Shown: in pieces, positions 1 through 12,071 of the stretch | Layout: each line of letters starts with the position of its first letter | Numbering within the stretch: position 1 is the first letter of the stretch | Assembly: GCA_964016885.1 (NCBI GenBank) | Contig: OZ024743.1 | Span: 308,698,001-308,762,000, forward strand | Source of the DNA: Eledone cirrhosa | Taxonomy: Eukaryota | Direction of reading: 5' to 3' | DNA: 64,000 nucleotides | Made by a program: the position numbers and the translations under genes | Notes under the pieces: model-generated | Told to the model about the DNA's origin: nothing | The model's database searches: none | The model's input: the letters and a program-made list of their open reading frames with translations, nothing else

Positions 1-230
1 GTTAACTTTGCTTTTCATCCTTACGGGGGTCGATAAAATGAAGTACCAGTAATTCACTGGGATAATTGTTGGCTTTGTGCCAAAAGTAGAAACAATTATT
101 ATTATCATTGCTTCCTTATGGGGTTGATAAAATAAAGCACCAGTAATGCACTGTGGTTAATGTAATCGATTTTCCTCTCCCCCTTCAAATTGCTGGCCTT
201 GTGCCTAATGTAGAAACAATTATTACTATT
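1..230 (+). mobile_element. Two tandem partial copies of the same SINE family
   Basis: Repeats of ...cttacgggg(g)tcgataaaa...ggccttgtgcc...gtagaaacaattatt. Other partial copies at about 9590-9760, 13655-13778, 43860-44020, 46232-46340 and 61775-61990. Confidence 0.75.
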
Positions 231-382
231 ACTAGCAGAAGAACTGTCCTTATATAGTGTGCATATTGATATACGCAAATATATATGCATATAGATATGA
301 TACATAAATTGGAAAGTAAATTGACAATATCTACATAAATTGAACAAAGACTGTGTTACACTTACTCTGTAATCAGTAAAGT

Positions 383-646
383 TAAAGAAAAGTAATGTTT
401 CTCTTTGTCGAATAAATAAATGCACAATCAAGTCTAACAATCATTTTATTTAATGCAATAATTTAGTAAATTTCCTACAACGTCAATATTTTGAGGAGCG
501 GATCTTTCCACGTCTCTTCATGTCCGTGGTCCAAAAAGAGTGAGTGAACCTGTGGCTGTGTCCGGGTGTATTTTTGCCTCCCTTCCCTGAAGGGTTGTTA
601 AGGGGAGGCAACTGCTAGCTACCAAGCGACCATCTCAGCCACTACA
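383..646 (-). repeat. 3' LTR
   Basis: Identical to 5522-5785 except one substitution seen by eye (gtctCttc vs gtctGttc). Minus-strand termini are TGTAG...CTTTA. Confidence 0.95.
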
Positions 647-1139
647 TTCACCTCGGAGCAGATTTTTTGTCGCAAAATCGTTAACAATGAAGCGAAGGTA
701 GTTTACAAAATGTAGAAGAATGTATCAACAAATTAAAAATTAAAAAAAAATAATAAATAGGTTCATGTCTGCAAGCATTAACACAGAAAAAAAAAGAAAA
801 AAAAAAAAAACGTACAGTAAAAGATGCAAAATGCATGAAAAGATAACACTCTTCGTAATAAAGGGGCCCCAGATGCGATAAACAAGAAAAAAAATGTTTT
901 GCTAGGCAATGAAAATGCCATATGTAGCATAGTTATAAAAATGCACTAAAAAAAAAGGGACTGTGTCAGAATTGACAACAGTCGTAATGTTACGCAAAAT
1001 ATAATATATTGACACTGCCGTAGGCAGTCAAGAATCCAAAAGTAACAAAATGCAATGTACAACAAAAACAATTGGAAGGAAAAAAAAATAACAAAACAAA
1101 ACAAATAAAAAAAAAAAAAAAAAAAATACAATTCAGTTT

Positions 1140-4100
1140 ATATTACTGCATAGCTTACGGGGCCAATGCACCCTTCGCCCAGAACGGGTCGTAGTTCTGT
1201 GTGTTGATGGTGGGGGAGGGGAAGAAATAGGCCTGTGTGGCAAAGAAAAAGAGGGGGGCATTTGAGTTTCAAGTGTCATTGTGTCATTGTCCAGGTTTGC
1301 TCGTTTGAGACGATCAACGGAAACCGTTTCCCTGGAACCCCGAATGTCCAGTGTGAAACGCGAGCAAGCACACGATAGGGTCCAGAGTACGGCCGTTGAA
1401 GAGGGGGTCTCACGGCGTCGTCTCTAACGAACACATGGGTCCACAAGGCAATATCCCTTGGGACGGCAGTTTTTACAGTCTGCTTCCTAGTGCCCATCGG
1501 TGGTAGATCCTTGAAATAAGAGTGAAGCCGGGACACGTAGGAAGCGGGGTCCTGCGAAGTCAGGTCAAAAGGGGCCAGCATTTGCCCCGGTAACGCCAGA
1601 GGCGTACCATAAACTAATTCGGCAGAGGAGAACACAAGGTCCACCTTTACCGTCGACCGAATACCCAACAATACAATGGGTAGGTACTCGCTCCAACGTG
1701 AAGAGTCCATGGAAGCCCTTAAGGAGGCTTTGAGCTGCCTGTGGAATCTTTCCACCATTCCGTTTGAGGCTGGGTGGTAAGCCGTGGTTCTTATTCGAGT
1801 AGCCCCCAGGATTTGGGTTAGACTCGAATTGACGACCACGATCCGTTGTTATGGTGGTTGGTACACCGAAACGAGCGATCCACGAAGATACGAGGGTACG
1901 GGCTGTGGTTTCGGCGGTGATATCTGTTATAGGGACGGCTTCAGGCCAACGCGAAAAATGGTCAACAATCGTCAAAAGATACGAAAAACCACGACTAACC
2001 GGCCACGGGCCGACGATGTCCACATGAATGTGACGAAATCTTGCATCGGGGCAGGTGAAGGTTCCGAGAGGAGCCTTAACATGTCTATGAACTTTCGCTT
2101 GTTGGCAAGCGACACAGGAACGACACCAAGCAGCAATGTCACGTCTCGTACCAGGCCAGAAAAATCTGGCTGTTATGAGTTTTACTGAGGCTGATACTCC
2201 TGGGTGAGAAATGCCATGTAAAGCGAGAAACGCAGTTCGTCGATGTTCCACTGGGACTAGAGGTCGTGGTGAGTCCAACGAAACATCACACAGTATCTGT
2301 CCGTCAGCAGTTGAGATCGGAATGTATTTCAGTTTGCAATGTACAAACTCTGGCGATGTAACATCCAACGATTCGAGAGTGGGTTGGGCAGCTGCCATTC
2401 GATGTAAATCTATCTCCTCGGAAGACGAAATCGATGCGATTGGCAGGCGAGACAGCGCATCGGCCGCTGTATTCAAAGAACCCGGAATATGTTGAATGTC
2501 GTTCGTGAACTGTGAGATGAAGTCCAGATGTCTCGTTTCTCTGGGCGAGTATTTGTCTGCCTTAGTTCGAAGAGCAAACGTCAAGGGTTTATGATCAGTG
2601 AAAATGGTGAATGTTCTACCTTCAAGTACATGAGCAAAATGTTTCACTGATAAATAAATTGCTAATAGCTCCCTTCCAAAGGTGCTATAGCGAGTTTCTG
2701 CAGGCTTTAACTTCCTCGAAAAGAACTCGAGTGGTTGCTGTACCCCATCACCCTTCTGCTGTAAGACTGCGCCCACGGCGCTATCCGAAGCATCAACACA
2801 GAGCGATAGTTCGGCGTTGGGTACTGGGTGGGCGAGCAAAGACGCGTTCGCTAACGCCTTTTTCACTTTTTTAAAATCATCAAGCTGCGTTTCATTTAAG
2901 GAAATGTCCATATTCTTACGCCGGCAACCCTTAAAAATCTCTGTCAACGAGAACAGCAATTTGGAACAACCAGGTACGAATCGCCTATAAAAATTTACAA
3001 GGCCCAGGAATTGACGCAATTGACGTAGTGAACTTGGCGGAGGCAAATCCGATACTGCCTTAACCTTCTCAGGAAGAGGTCGAATACCATCGGCGTCAAT
3101 CAGATGGCCTAAAAATGTTAGTGAAGTCGAGCTGAAAACACACTTGGAAGCATTAATTCGAACATTATATCTCTGTAAACGACGAAATACGAGATCCAGA
3201 TGCTTTGAATGCTGCTGAGGGGAAGAACTAGCAATCAACACGTCGTCGATATACGTGTACACAAAATCCAGGCCCCGAGTAATATCATCCATAAATCGTT
3301 GGAAGGTACTTGGAGCGTTTCTAAGGCCGAAAGGCATAGTGAGGAACTCGAACGATCCGAAAGGAGTGGCAATAGCAGTCTTTGGGATATCCTCCTCGTT
3401 AACCGGAATTTGGTTATAAGCGCGGATCAAATCAAGCTTAGAAAAGATTCTGCAACCCTGCAATGACGACGCAAAATCCTGCAAATGCGGGATTGGATAA
3501 CGGTCAGGCACAGTAATCGCGTTTAAGCGTCGGTAGTCACCCGTCGGTCTCCAGAAGATCTAGGTACCATATGCAGAGGCGATGCCCAAGGACTTGTGGA
3601 GCGCCAAATTATTCCCAATTCCAGCATGTGGTCGAATTCAAGACGTGCAGCTTTCAACTTCTCTGTAGACAATCTTCGAGGACGTGAGAAAACAGGTGGA
3701 CCTGTAGTGGATATGAAGTGTTCAATCGCATGATCCGGGCTAGTTATTCGTAACTTTCCCTGCGTCAACTGAGGGAATGAATGTAACAGGCTTTGATACT
3801 GGTTGCCCACTTCAGCCAAGAAAAAGGAAGGGCTGACGGTGGCGACGTCCGGCTCTGAACCCTCGAAAGAAAGGCCTGTTTCAGCATCAACAAGGCGTTG
3901 TCTGCGAATGTCCACCAACAAGGAAAAATGGTGGAGAAAATCCGCTCCCAAAATGGCGTATGGCAAGTCGGCGACAGTAAACTTCCACCTCAAATCACGC
4001 CGCAAATTTTTTAACCGAAGAGGAAGCGAAATTTGCCCATACGTTCGAATGGCCGTGTGGTTGACTGCTCGTAGATTTATATCTGCTTCGGCTGGGCTTT

Positions 4101-4254
4101 TTTTGAGATAACTGACTGGCCAAATACTCAGCGACGCGCCAGTATCGACAAGGAAAAATTTTTTTGACCGCAGGTCGTATACGAAAAGATGGCGGTTCGG
4201 TCGGTTTTCCCAGAGTTCACTAGCCGCTCCTAGTGGCTCTGCTTTGCGTTTCCC
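1140..4254 (-). pseudogene. pol: Pol (protease-RT-RNase H-integrase) broken by three frameshifts
   Basis: Protease FLVDTGAS, RT YIDD, RNase H VDASD..VGAVL and TDHKPL, integrase HHCC zinc finger, HVDIVG/TTDRG/VERFH and GPY motif. Frame breaks near 3540, 1820 and 1355. The 3' end is approximate. Confidence 0.92.
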
Positions 4255-5015
4255 GATCTCTTATAATCACAGGGCGTGCGACAACGTTGCGCCCTACTGC
4301 CGAAGTTAGCATGGTACCAACACAACGAAGAATTATTGTTGCCTGCGTTGTTCTGCTGGCGATGAATAGAGGACGGCGGCGAACGATACCTCAAACGTTG
4401 AGAAGGCTCTCTGTGATGTACCGTCAAATCCTCTACCTTTTTGGTGAGAGCTTCAATCAACTCCAACAGTTTGCCGTCGGCCACAGAAGAACTGCGTGGA
4501 GGGACGCAAGCTGAAGCCACATAAGGATTATGCTGATTGCTGTTCGAGTCCACCTCAAGTATCCTATCCGCGGACGCGGCAAGTTGCTCTAATGAATCCT
4601 TCTCTAAACTATTGACCAATATTCTTTGCGCACTTGGTGGTAGGCGTGAGAAAAAAAGTTGCTTTATGAAGGGGGTGTCAATCCCCTGGGAGTCGCTCAA
4701 CTCCTGCAAATGTCGCAAATAGGAGCTCGGCTTCCTGTCACCCATTTGAGCATCGTCCAACAACTCCCGAAAACGGCTCTCTACCGACTTGGTATTTCGG
4801 CGAAGGATTTCTTTTTTTAATGAGCCGTAGGTAACGTCGGCGTCTAAATCCGTTACAACGTCCTTCACCGAGAATGCCAAGGAAACAGGTAGGCCATTGA
4901 TCAGGACCTTCAGCTTATGCTGTTCCTTTGTCTTCGTCAATTCGAAGAAACATTCCAGCTGCGCAAACCACAACTTGATGTCGCCTGCGAAGGACGGCAA
5001 ATGATGTTGACTCAT
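4230..5015 (-). CDS. gag: Gag of the Gypsy element (261 aa, intact)
   Basis: LPSF...LWFAQLE N-terminus, MGDRKPS motif, and C-x2-H-x9-C-x3-C knuckle CWYHANFGSRAQRCRTPC typical of the CsRN1 clade. Confidence 0.9.
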   Translation of the reverse strand: MSQHHLPSFAGDIKLWFAQLECFFELTKTKEQHKLKVLINGLPVSLAFSVKDVVTDLDADVTYGSLKKEILRRNTKSVESRFRELLDDAQMGDRKPSSYLRHLQELSDSQGIDTPFIKQLFFSRLPPSAQRILVNSLEKDSLEQLAASADRILEVDSNSNQHNPYVASACVPPRSSSVADGKLLELIEALTKKVEDLTVHHREPSQRLRYRSPPSSIHRQQNNAGNNNSSLCWYHANFGSRAQRCRTPCDYKRSGNAKQSH

Positions 5016-5506
5016 GGTGCCACGTATTTGATGACTTTTTGGTGTTGGTCAATAGTTAGCCAGGTGTTGCTGCTGATTGCTGGTAATTTTTTTCTTTAAA
5101 AAAAAAATATTCCAAAGAAAATTTTAATAATAAAAAAAAATCATTTTCCATGAAAATTAATGGTAAGAAAATCCAAGATGGCTGATTTAAAAATGTGTCC
5201 GTGATGAAGCCGTCATGAGGCACGATGCAGCCAATCAGATGGCTGGGATTGGAGAAGACAGGCTGAACGCGGGAAAACGAAATATCTCCATTTGTAATTT
5301 CCACAGAATGTTGGAAGCAAAATTCTATTTCCAGAGAAATCCTTTTTTTTTTTTTTTTTTTGTTGTGTGTTGTATTTTTGTGTTTGTGCTATAACAAATG
5401 GAATATAATGAATTTTATGGACTTACGCTAAGTGATTCGGACATTCCAAATGTTAAGCCATTCCACATTGCCGTTAAAAAGAATAGGTTGCGTTTTCATT
5501 CTTTAT

Positions 5507-5520
5507 CGTCAGGGTCGCCA
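5507..5520 (-). promoter_or_regulatory. Primer-binding site, tRNA-Trp-like
   Basis: Minus strand TGGCGACCCTGACG starts 1 nt inside the 5' LTR boundary. It differs at 2 positions from TGGTGACCCCGACG, the complement of the tRNA-Trp 3' end used by CsRN1-clade elements. Confidence 0.7.
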
Positions 5521-5521
5521 A

Positions 5522-5785
5522 TAAAGAAAAGTAATGTTTCTCTTTGTCGAATAAATAAATGCACAATCAAGTCTAACAATCATTTTATTTAATGCAATAA
5601 TTTAGTAAATTTCCTACAACGTCAATATTTTGAGGAGCGGATCTTTCCACGTCTGTTCATGTCCGTGGTCCAAAAAGAGTGAGTGAACCTGTGGCTGTGT
5701 CCGGGTGTATTTTTGCCTCCCTTCCCTGAAGGGTTGTTAAGGGGAGGCAACTGCTAGCTACCAAGCGACCATCTCAGCCACTACA
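5522..5785 (-). repeat. 5' LTR
   Basis: 264-bp direct repeat of 383-646, followed on the minus strand by the PBS. Confidence 0.95.
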
Positions 5786-6069
5786 AAGTAATCCATGATA
5801 CATTAAAAAAAAAGGCGATGAAACAGTTGAAGGAAAATGTTCATGAATCTTCACTTGAGAATGTCGATGGGAAACTTCAAGCGGTGAATTTGAAAATAGA
5901 TACTGCTGCTATGAATTACATTTACCAATATGAAGAGTTGACCTTCGCTATATTGTTGTTTTATTCTATTCACATACAGACTTCTTAAGTTTTAGTAGAG
6001 TCCCTATTCTAACAATTAAAAAGAAACTGAAATGCATTTCAATTAAAAGAGAGTGATAGCTGTTTCACA

Positions 6070-7870
6070 TCACTGTAGAATATCTTTGTAGACACAGTTG
6101 TCAGCAAACAGACCCCTTTCATTTAATATTTTTATATTTTCTTTTTTTTGTAACTCTTCATAATGCAACATGCATCTGACCATGTGAGAAAAATTGTGTT
6201 GGTAGATATACACCTATCTTTTTAAATGTCTGCTCTTGTGCCTTGTTGCATGTAAGGGCAAAGGCTGGTTTGACAGGAAATTCCTTGCAAGTAAAGGTGA
6301 AAGAGAACTCAAGCTCTTGAGATACATGTGGTATCCTTAGGATTAGCAACCTTGTTCCAGCATTGGGATCCAACACCACATTAGCTTCAATTACATGATT
6401 ATGTAAACTGATGATGATGTAGCGTGTACCATTGCAATGCCCATTTAGAGGATCCAGATTTCTCAGAAGCATGATGCACCTGCCTTTCTTCAGTTTAAGT
6501 ATGTGTCTTGGGAAGCCTGATGGGGGTAAATTTGTTGATGAACTCAATTGGATATTGCAGTTCATTATCTACTGTATTGGAGCTTCTGTAGATTATTTCA
6601 TGACCACGGAACTTGTTGAACATGAACCCATTCACCAATCTTGCTGCATCATTTGTTGGAGTGATAATGGCTCTATTTGCAAGCCATAGTAGGTTAGTGT
6701 AGTTTCCTGGAAGATTTGTATACACAAAATCACACAGTCCAGACACGTTACCATATTCCAGACAAAGTTCATTTGGCAGAGGAATTGTGAATGCACCTAC
6801 AGATGGAACAGTTGGAATGTTACCATTTCCCACATCAAGAAGGTAGTTTGCAAACTGTCTTTCATCAGAATTCCCTGCATTAAGTAACTGTTGATTGGTT
6901 GCCATCTCCATGGTTTCCACATAGTCCCAGAGATAAGATCTCTTGATGGTTGCCTCAACTATTTGTGGTCTAGCACCATGACGTACAACTGGAAGAATTT
7001 GCTTCCAGTCACCAGATAGTAATACTGTTAGACCACCAAATGGCTTTTTGCAATCTCGAACATCTTTGAAGCTCATGTCAAGGCATTCGAAGATATGTGT
7101 ATGTCCCATACTTATCTCATCAATGATTAGCAGGTCAGCTTGCTGCATAAGTTTACCTGTGGCATTCCTCTTTGTGAAGAAGCAAATTGATTCAGCAGTC
7201 ACATTGATAGGAATCTTGCACTTGGAATAAAGAGTTCTACCTTTGTGAAGCAAAGTAGCTGCTATTCCAGATATGGCAATGGCAAGTGCAATTTTTGTTT
7301 TTTAGATCAGAGGTAATCCAATAGGATGTTGATGAGATAGGTTTTTCCTGTACCTGCACTTGCATTCAAGCAGAACATTCTACCTTCATTTTCATTTACA
7401 GAGGTGATTACTTTGTGAAAAATAACCAGTTGTTCAGGATTCAATGTTGACAGAAGTTTATTTATGTTTGCTTGCAGTTGGTGTGTATTGAAATCAGTTT
7501 CTGCCATAAGAACCCTGTTGATTTCTGGTATGGCAACAATAGTTGGGTCTGGTTGAGGAAGTCCATAGTTGACATGAATGTCCAAGCCATCATGTTGAAG
7601 TCTTTGTTGGATCTTCTGTAGAACAATCTGCATAGTTTGCATGGACATGACTTGCTTATGACGTTCGTGGATGATAACCTCTGCAAGACAATTCTTCCAT
7701 TCCTCCCAGAACTGCAGATAAAATCTAATGGTGCAAAAGATCTCTCGTAGCTGAGGACCAAGTGTAATGGATGAGGCCTCTTCCATAGCTTTGTCTTTTT
7801 CTCCCTCTTCATACAACTTAGTTTACTAACAAGATAAAAAAATATAAAACGGATATTGTCCTGCAACTCC
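6070..7870 (-). mobile_element. Helitron remnant: PIF1-like helicase half of RepHel, frameshifted
   Basis: Walker A ASAGTGKT, LLIIDEISM, FGGLTVLLSGDWKQILPVV, LLRNLD..NGHCNGTR, FPVKPAFALTCNKAQ, FSHGQ over three broken ORFs. No introns. Boundaries approximate. Confidence 0.85.
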
Positions 7871-7879
7871 TCCCATTAT

Positions 7880-9115
7880 TATATTATAGATTGCCATCTG
7901 TCTTAAAAGGCCATGGATATGCTCCTGGAGAATTTTGTGTCAGCTGCTAATAGTGATGCAGTGTCTACTGTGACTGTACAGGCCCACATGGGAGTGGCAG
8001 TCCTGTATACCGTGACTGCATTTGAAGATGCTCTCCTTCAGTGCTACTGCGTTGTCCTTTTTTCGAGCATGATTTTCTTTGGAGGCTAGTTTCAGTTTCT
8101 TTTACCCTCATTCCATCCCTTTACGCAGTACTTGTTTCTATCGTGAGCGATTGTTAGTGGATCTATTAACTTTATATCTCTCCTGCAGATGCCTTTGAAA
8201 TGAAGATGAGGTCATTCTTGTGCTCTTGTGCCGGTGGCCAGTTTCCTATACAGTAGTTCTTTTGGGATACTCCTGTCCAGCAGACAATATACATGACTGA
8301 GCTAGCACAGACAGTGCTGTTGGAACAGGGTGAATATGCTGGGTATCTTGGTGTGGCTGAGGACTTCAGTGTTGGTGACTCAGTTAGTCCACTTGATATC
8401 CAAAATTCATCTCAGGCTATGAAGGTGGAAGGCATTGAGATGCAGCTCCTGTGTAGAGTAGAGGCTCCATGTTCTACTGCCATAAAGTAGTGTGCTGATG
8501 ACACATGCCCTGTAGACAGCAATCTTGGTGTTTGTAGTTAGTTTTCTATTCTCCTAGACTCTCTTTGTCAGCCTGGCAAATGTGAAGCTTGCTTGTCCAA
8601 CTCTTTTTGTTGATCTCTGGGTTCAGGGAGAGATAATCAGTGATGGTAGAGCCGGGGTAGATGAATTCATGGACTACCTCCAGCTCGTAGCTGGTGATGG
8701 TAGTTGGGGGTGGTGATACATTGGTGATACATTGGTTTTCTTCAGACTAATGGTCAGGTTGAATTCCTGGCAGGCCCTCAAGAGCTTGTCCATAAGGTGC
8801 TGCATTTTATACCCAGAGTGCACTGCTAATGCTGTGTCATCTGCAAACAGCATTTCTCTGATGAGTACCTAATAAACCTTGGATTTCACTTTCGGCCTTG
8901 ACAGACTAAACAACTTCCCATCTAATCTGGTGTGGAGGTAGACACTTTCAGTTGACGTTCCAAATGTATGTTTCAGCATAACTGCAAAAAAACATGCTAA
9001 ACAGGGTGGGGGCTAGCACGCAGCCTTGCTTCACACCACTGCATATGTTAAATGCCTCCGAAGAAGAGCCATCAAATTGAATGACACCTCTCATATCTGG
9101 ATGAAATGGCCATTT
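7880..9115 (-). mobile_element. Degenerate RTE/BovB-like LINE, 3' part of RT
   Basis: Manual minus-strand translation gives GVKQGCVLAPTLFSM (about 9000-9037), HTRLDGKLF, REMLFADDTA (about 8830-8860) and ELEVVHEFIY. Many stops. Confidence 0.8.
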
Positions 9116-9997
9116 TGAACAGGCCATCTCTAATAACTAGGTCGAATGCTTTCATGAGGTTGGTGAAAGTGATGTAGAGTAGTTGTCTTTGATCTTGGCA
9201 CCTCTCCTATAGCTGTTGAAGACAGAAAATTCATATCGATGGTGGAACATTGTTCGAGATGCTGTTTTCCTTGGTGTAGAGTTTAGAGTAATGTTCCACC
9301 TCTCTCTCCAATTGCTCTCATTTGCCTTTGATGACCTCACCTTTTCTGGACTTGAGTGAAGCTATTTTTGGTTCACAGGATTTATTATACTATTATTGCT
9401 CACATCTGCACAAGGCTCACTAGCCTCCTCTGAGGTTCCATCTTATAACATGTTTCTCAAGTGTTTTAATGATAGGTGACCCAGTTCTGTCAGTTGACCA
9501 TTTTTTCCAGTGAGGGGGTGGGGGTGGGGGGTGGATTTGAACTAAAAATATATAGAGCTGTAACAGATACTGCAAGGTATCTCATTGGCTGTTCTTTCAA
9601 TCCTACCAATCCACTGTGCTGGCCTGGTATTTGTTTATTGTACCCCAAAAAGTGAAAGATAAACTTGACTGTAGCAGGGTTTGAACTCGGAATGCACTGA
9701 ACTGGAACCAGTATTGCATGGAATCCTGTATGCTGATTCTGCTCATCTGCCATACTGGACTGGTACTTTATTTATCAGCCCCCTGAAATCATCAGCATCT
9801 GGTTTAATGTCTTCTTTACTTGTCACAAGCATTGAACTTTTTTTGTAGCCTCTTTCAAAGCATCTCTCCAGGGATAGTTTACGGTTCAGGTTCTAGGCTT
9901 TCAGATCATCTCTGATTACCTCAGATTGCAATTTATCATGGCTCCAGCACTACAGGAGTTGTCATACGCTAAAAAAAAAACTGCATTGTGTCCTTTT

Positions 9998-10710
9998 CTT
10001 CATCATCATTTTACATCCGCTTTTCCCTGTTTGCAAGGGTTGGACGGGTCCTATTCAGCACAGCATCTCTCTACTTGTCACGGTCCTTTGTCATTTCCTC
10101 GGTGATTTTCAGCGATCTGAGGTCTGCTCTCACCACCTCCGCCCATGTTTTACGTGGTTTACCTCTACTGTATCTTCCTTCTACTGGGATTTCTTGGCAC
10201 TTCTTTACCCAGCGGTCATCCTCCATACGCATCACATGTCCATACCGTCTCAGCTTTCTCACCTGCACACCACCTTATCCCTCTTATACCCAGTTTCTTT
10301 CTCAACTCGTCCATGCTTGGTCGTTCACGCACATTGACATTGCACATCCAATGGAGCATACTTGCTTCATTTCTCTCCAGCCGTCGCTTCATTTCTCACC
10401 AGTCACCCCCCCCCCCCTTTCCATGCTAATCTGATCACCTAGGTACCGGAAGCTAACAACCACTTCTATGGAACCCACCTGCATTGGAAAAATGTGTCTA
10501 TCACTGCGATTAATACTGCCAACTTTCCCTGTACATCTACTGCATACATAGTTTTCCCTACCTGTTAGTTTGCCTGCTATCCCACTACATCTCTTGTGTA
10601 CCCAAGATCTGCATTGCGTACATTTTATGGAATTTATGCCAGTTCCTTTCCTACATATCAAACATGGCCATTTCCCTGATGGAATTGGAGTATTGTCCTC
10701 TCTTCTGCTA
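9998..10710 (-). mobile_element. RTE-type LINE family C, internally deleted 3' fragment
   Basis: WPCLICRKG...WVHKRC...CSRC, FRYLGD, LRRYGHVMRM, GKPRKTW, and a (GAT)n tail read as (CAT)n on the + strand. Confidence 0.85.
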
Positions 10711-11946
10711 AATCCAATAAATATATAGCTATAATGATGAAAAGGAAATTAATGAGAGCATATTTAAAGTACACATTACAAAGAATAAGGTTAAGATGAG
10801 AACTGGAAACAGCTGCCGCAATTGTACATTTTTAGGAGCTGCTGTTTATATTGAATTCACAAATTCAATTGGACTTCTAATTCAATTGTTAAGGCTATGC
10901 ATACAAATAATATACTTAGAAATTAATTGCAACTGAGAATATTTCAATTTTGGAAAATATTTCATTATTTCGATACAAAACAATTTTACTGAATAATGTC
11001 TTTTAAACTTGTAATATTTCATAAAATTACCAGTTACACACTGACACAAAATGTATATATGGAGTTCAAAGATGCCTGGTGATGTGAAAGATTGTGTGTG
11101 TTTGTGTGTGCAAGGGGGAAGTGTTATTGAAGGAGAAAGAATAATAGAATTTGAAGTTATGTTGTGTTGTTTCTCTACCTTCTCATAAAATATCTAGGTT
11201 TCTTCTCTTTCTCACTCTTATTCCTTAAGCACTTAATTCCTTTTTTAAAAATACACCCTGTTTTACTTCAGGGGCAGTTAGGAGTTTTGTTCATGAATTA
11301 TTCTAGATTGAATCAGGAACTCTACCAAATTTTGTGAATATTCCAATGTTATTTCAAGAAAAGAATGTGCATTTATTTTATAAATATGTATATCTGTCTG
11401 TCTGTACTCCCCTTAATAATAATGAAATTATTGTGTAAAGTGGTGTGTATGTATTTGTTTATCTATAGATCAGCTGAAAAGTTTATAGGCTACTATGAAG
11501 GAATGATGTTAGAGCTGTGAAATCTTGCATGCATTAATTTCAACTCTTATCAATAGCAGCATTGTTTCTCTCCAGGGACTATGTTGAAAAATAAAGCTCA
11601 TTTTGTCATTCCATGAGATTATCTTGGTCGGCTTATGAACTTTTCAGCCAACCCTCGTCTCTCTCTCTCTCTCTCTGTCTGTGTGTGTGTGTGTGTGTAT
11701 TAGAAATGGTAACCATTCCATATTTCGGCATGCTTTCTGCAGCTGGATTCCTTTCCTAATGCCAACCATTTTTCAGAATGTGGTGGTTACATTCTATCAT
11801 GGTGCCTGCACTAGAGAGGTTGTCACACTTTTGGCATGAATGAAGAGTTCTCTCTGCCTTATGTTATTAGCATTTAAGCTCTGCTTTTTTTTATTTAAAT
11901 TCTTTTTTTGAAGAAAATTTCTAATGATTTGTTGTCTTTGTTTCAG

Positions 11947-12071
11947 GCAATCTCATCGATAAACTAACTGTGTTATGCACCACAAGAAATGAGCTGACCC
12001 ACTGGGTAGAAATGTTATGTCAACAGATTAAACATTCACAAACTAACAGATTGAAACCACAAAGCCTACAG
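11947..12071 (+). CDS. ARHGEF7: Internal exon of ARHGEF7/beta-PIX-like RhoGEF (end of PH domain)
   Basis: Acceptor ttgtttcag and donor CAG|gtaatt. 125 nt, phase 1 to phase 0. Translates (G)NLIDKLTVLCTTRNELTHWVEMLCQQIKHSQTNRLKPQSLQ, which resembles the PIX PH C-terminal helix (GSMIERILVSCNNQQDLQEWVEHLQKQ, recalled from memory). Confidence 0.82.

Larger units (their letters stand above)
383..5785 (-). mobile_element. Full-length Ty3/Gypsy LTR retrotransposon, CsRN1/Kabuki/Boudicca-like
   Basis: Direct 264-bp LTRs at 383-646 and 5522-5785. AAGT duplicated at 379-382 and 5786-5789. PBS next to the 5' LTR, gag with CHCC knuckle, and pol in PR-RT-RH-IN order. Confidence 0.96.

Noticed and set aside
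1784-5099. Plus-strand ORFs overlapping the Gypsy element, and similar antisense ORFs over the LINEs
   Set aside because: Shadow frames opposite real retroelement coding sequence, with no recognisable motifs.
6158-7816. Cellular PIF1 helicase gene
   Set aside because: Intronless, frameshifted, has Helitron-type motifs and lies among transposons inside another gene's intron.
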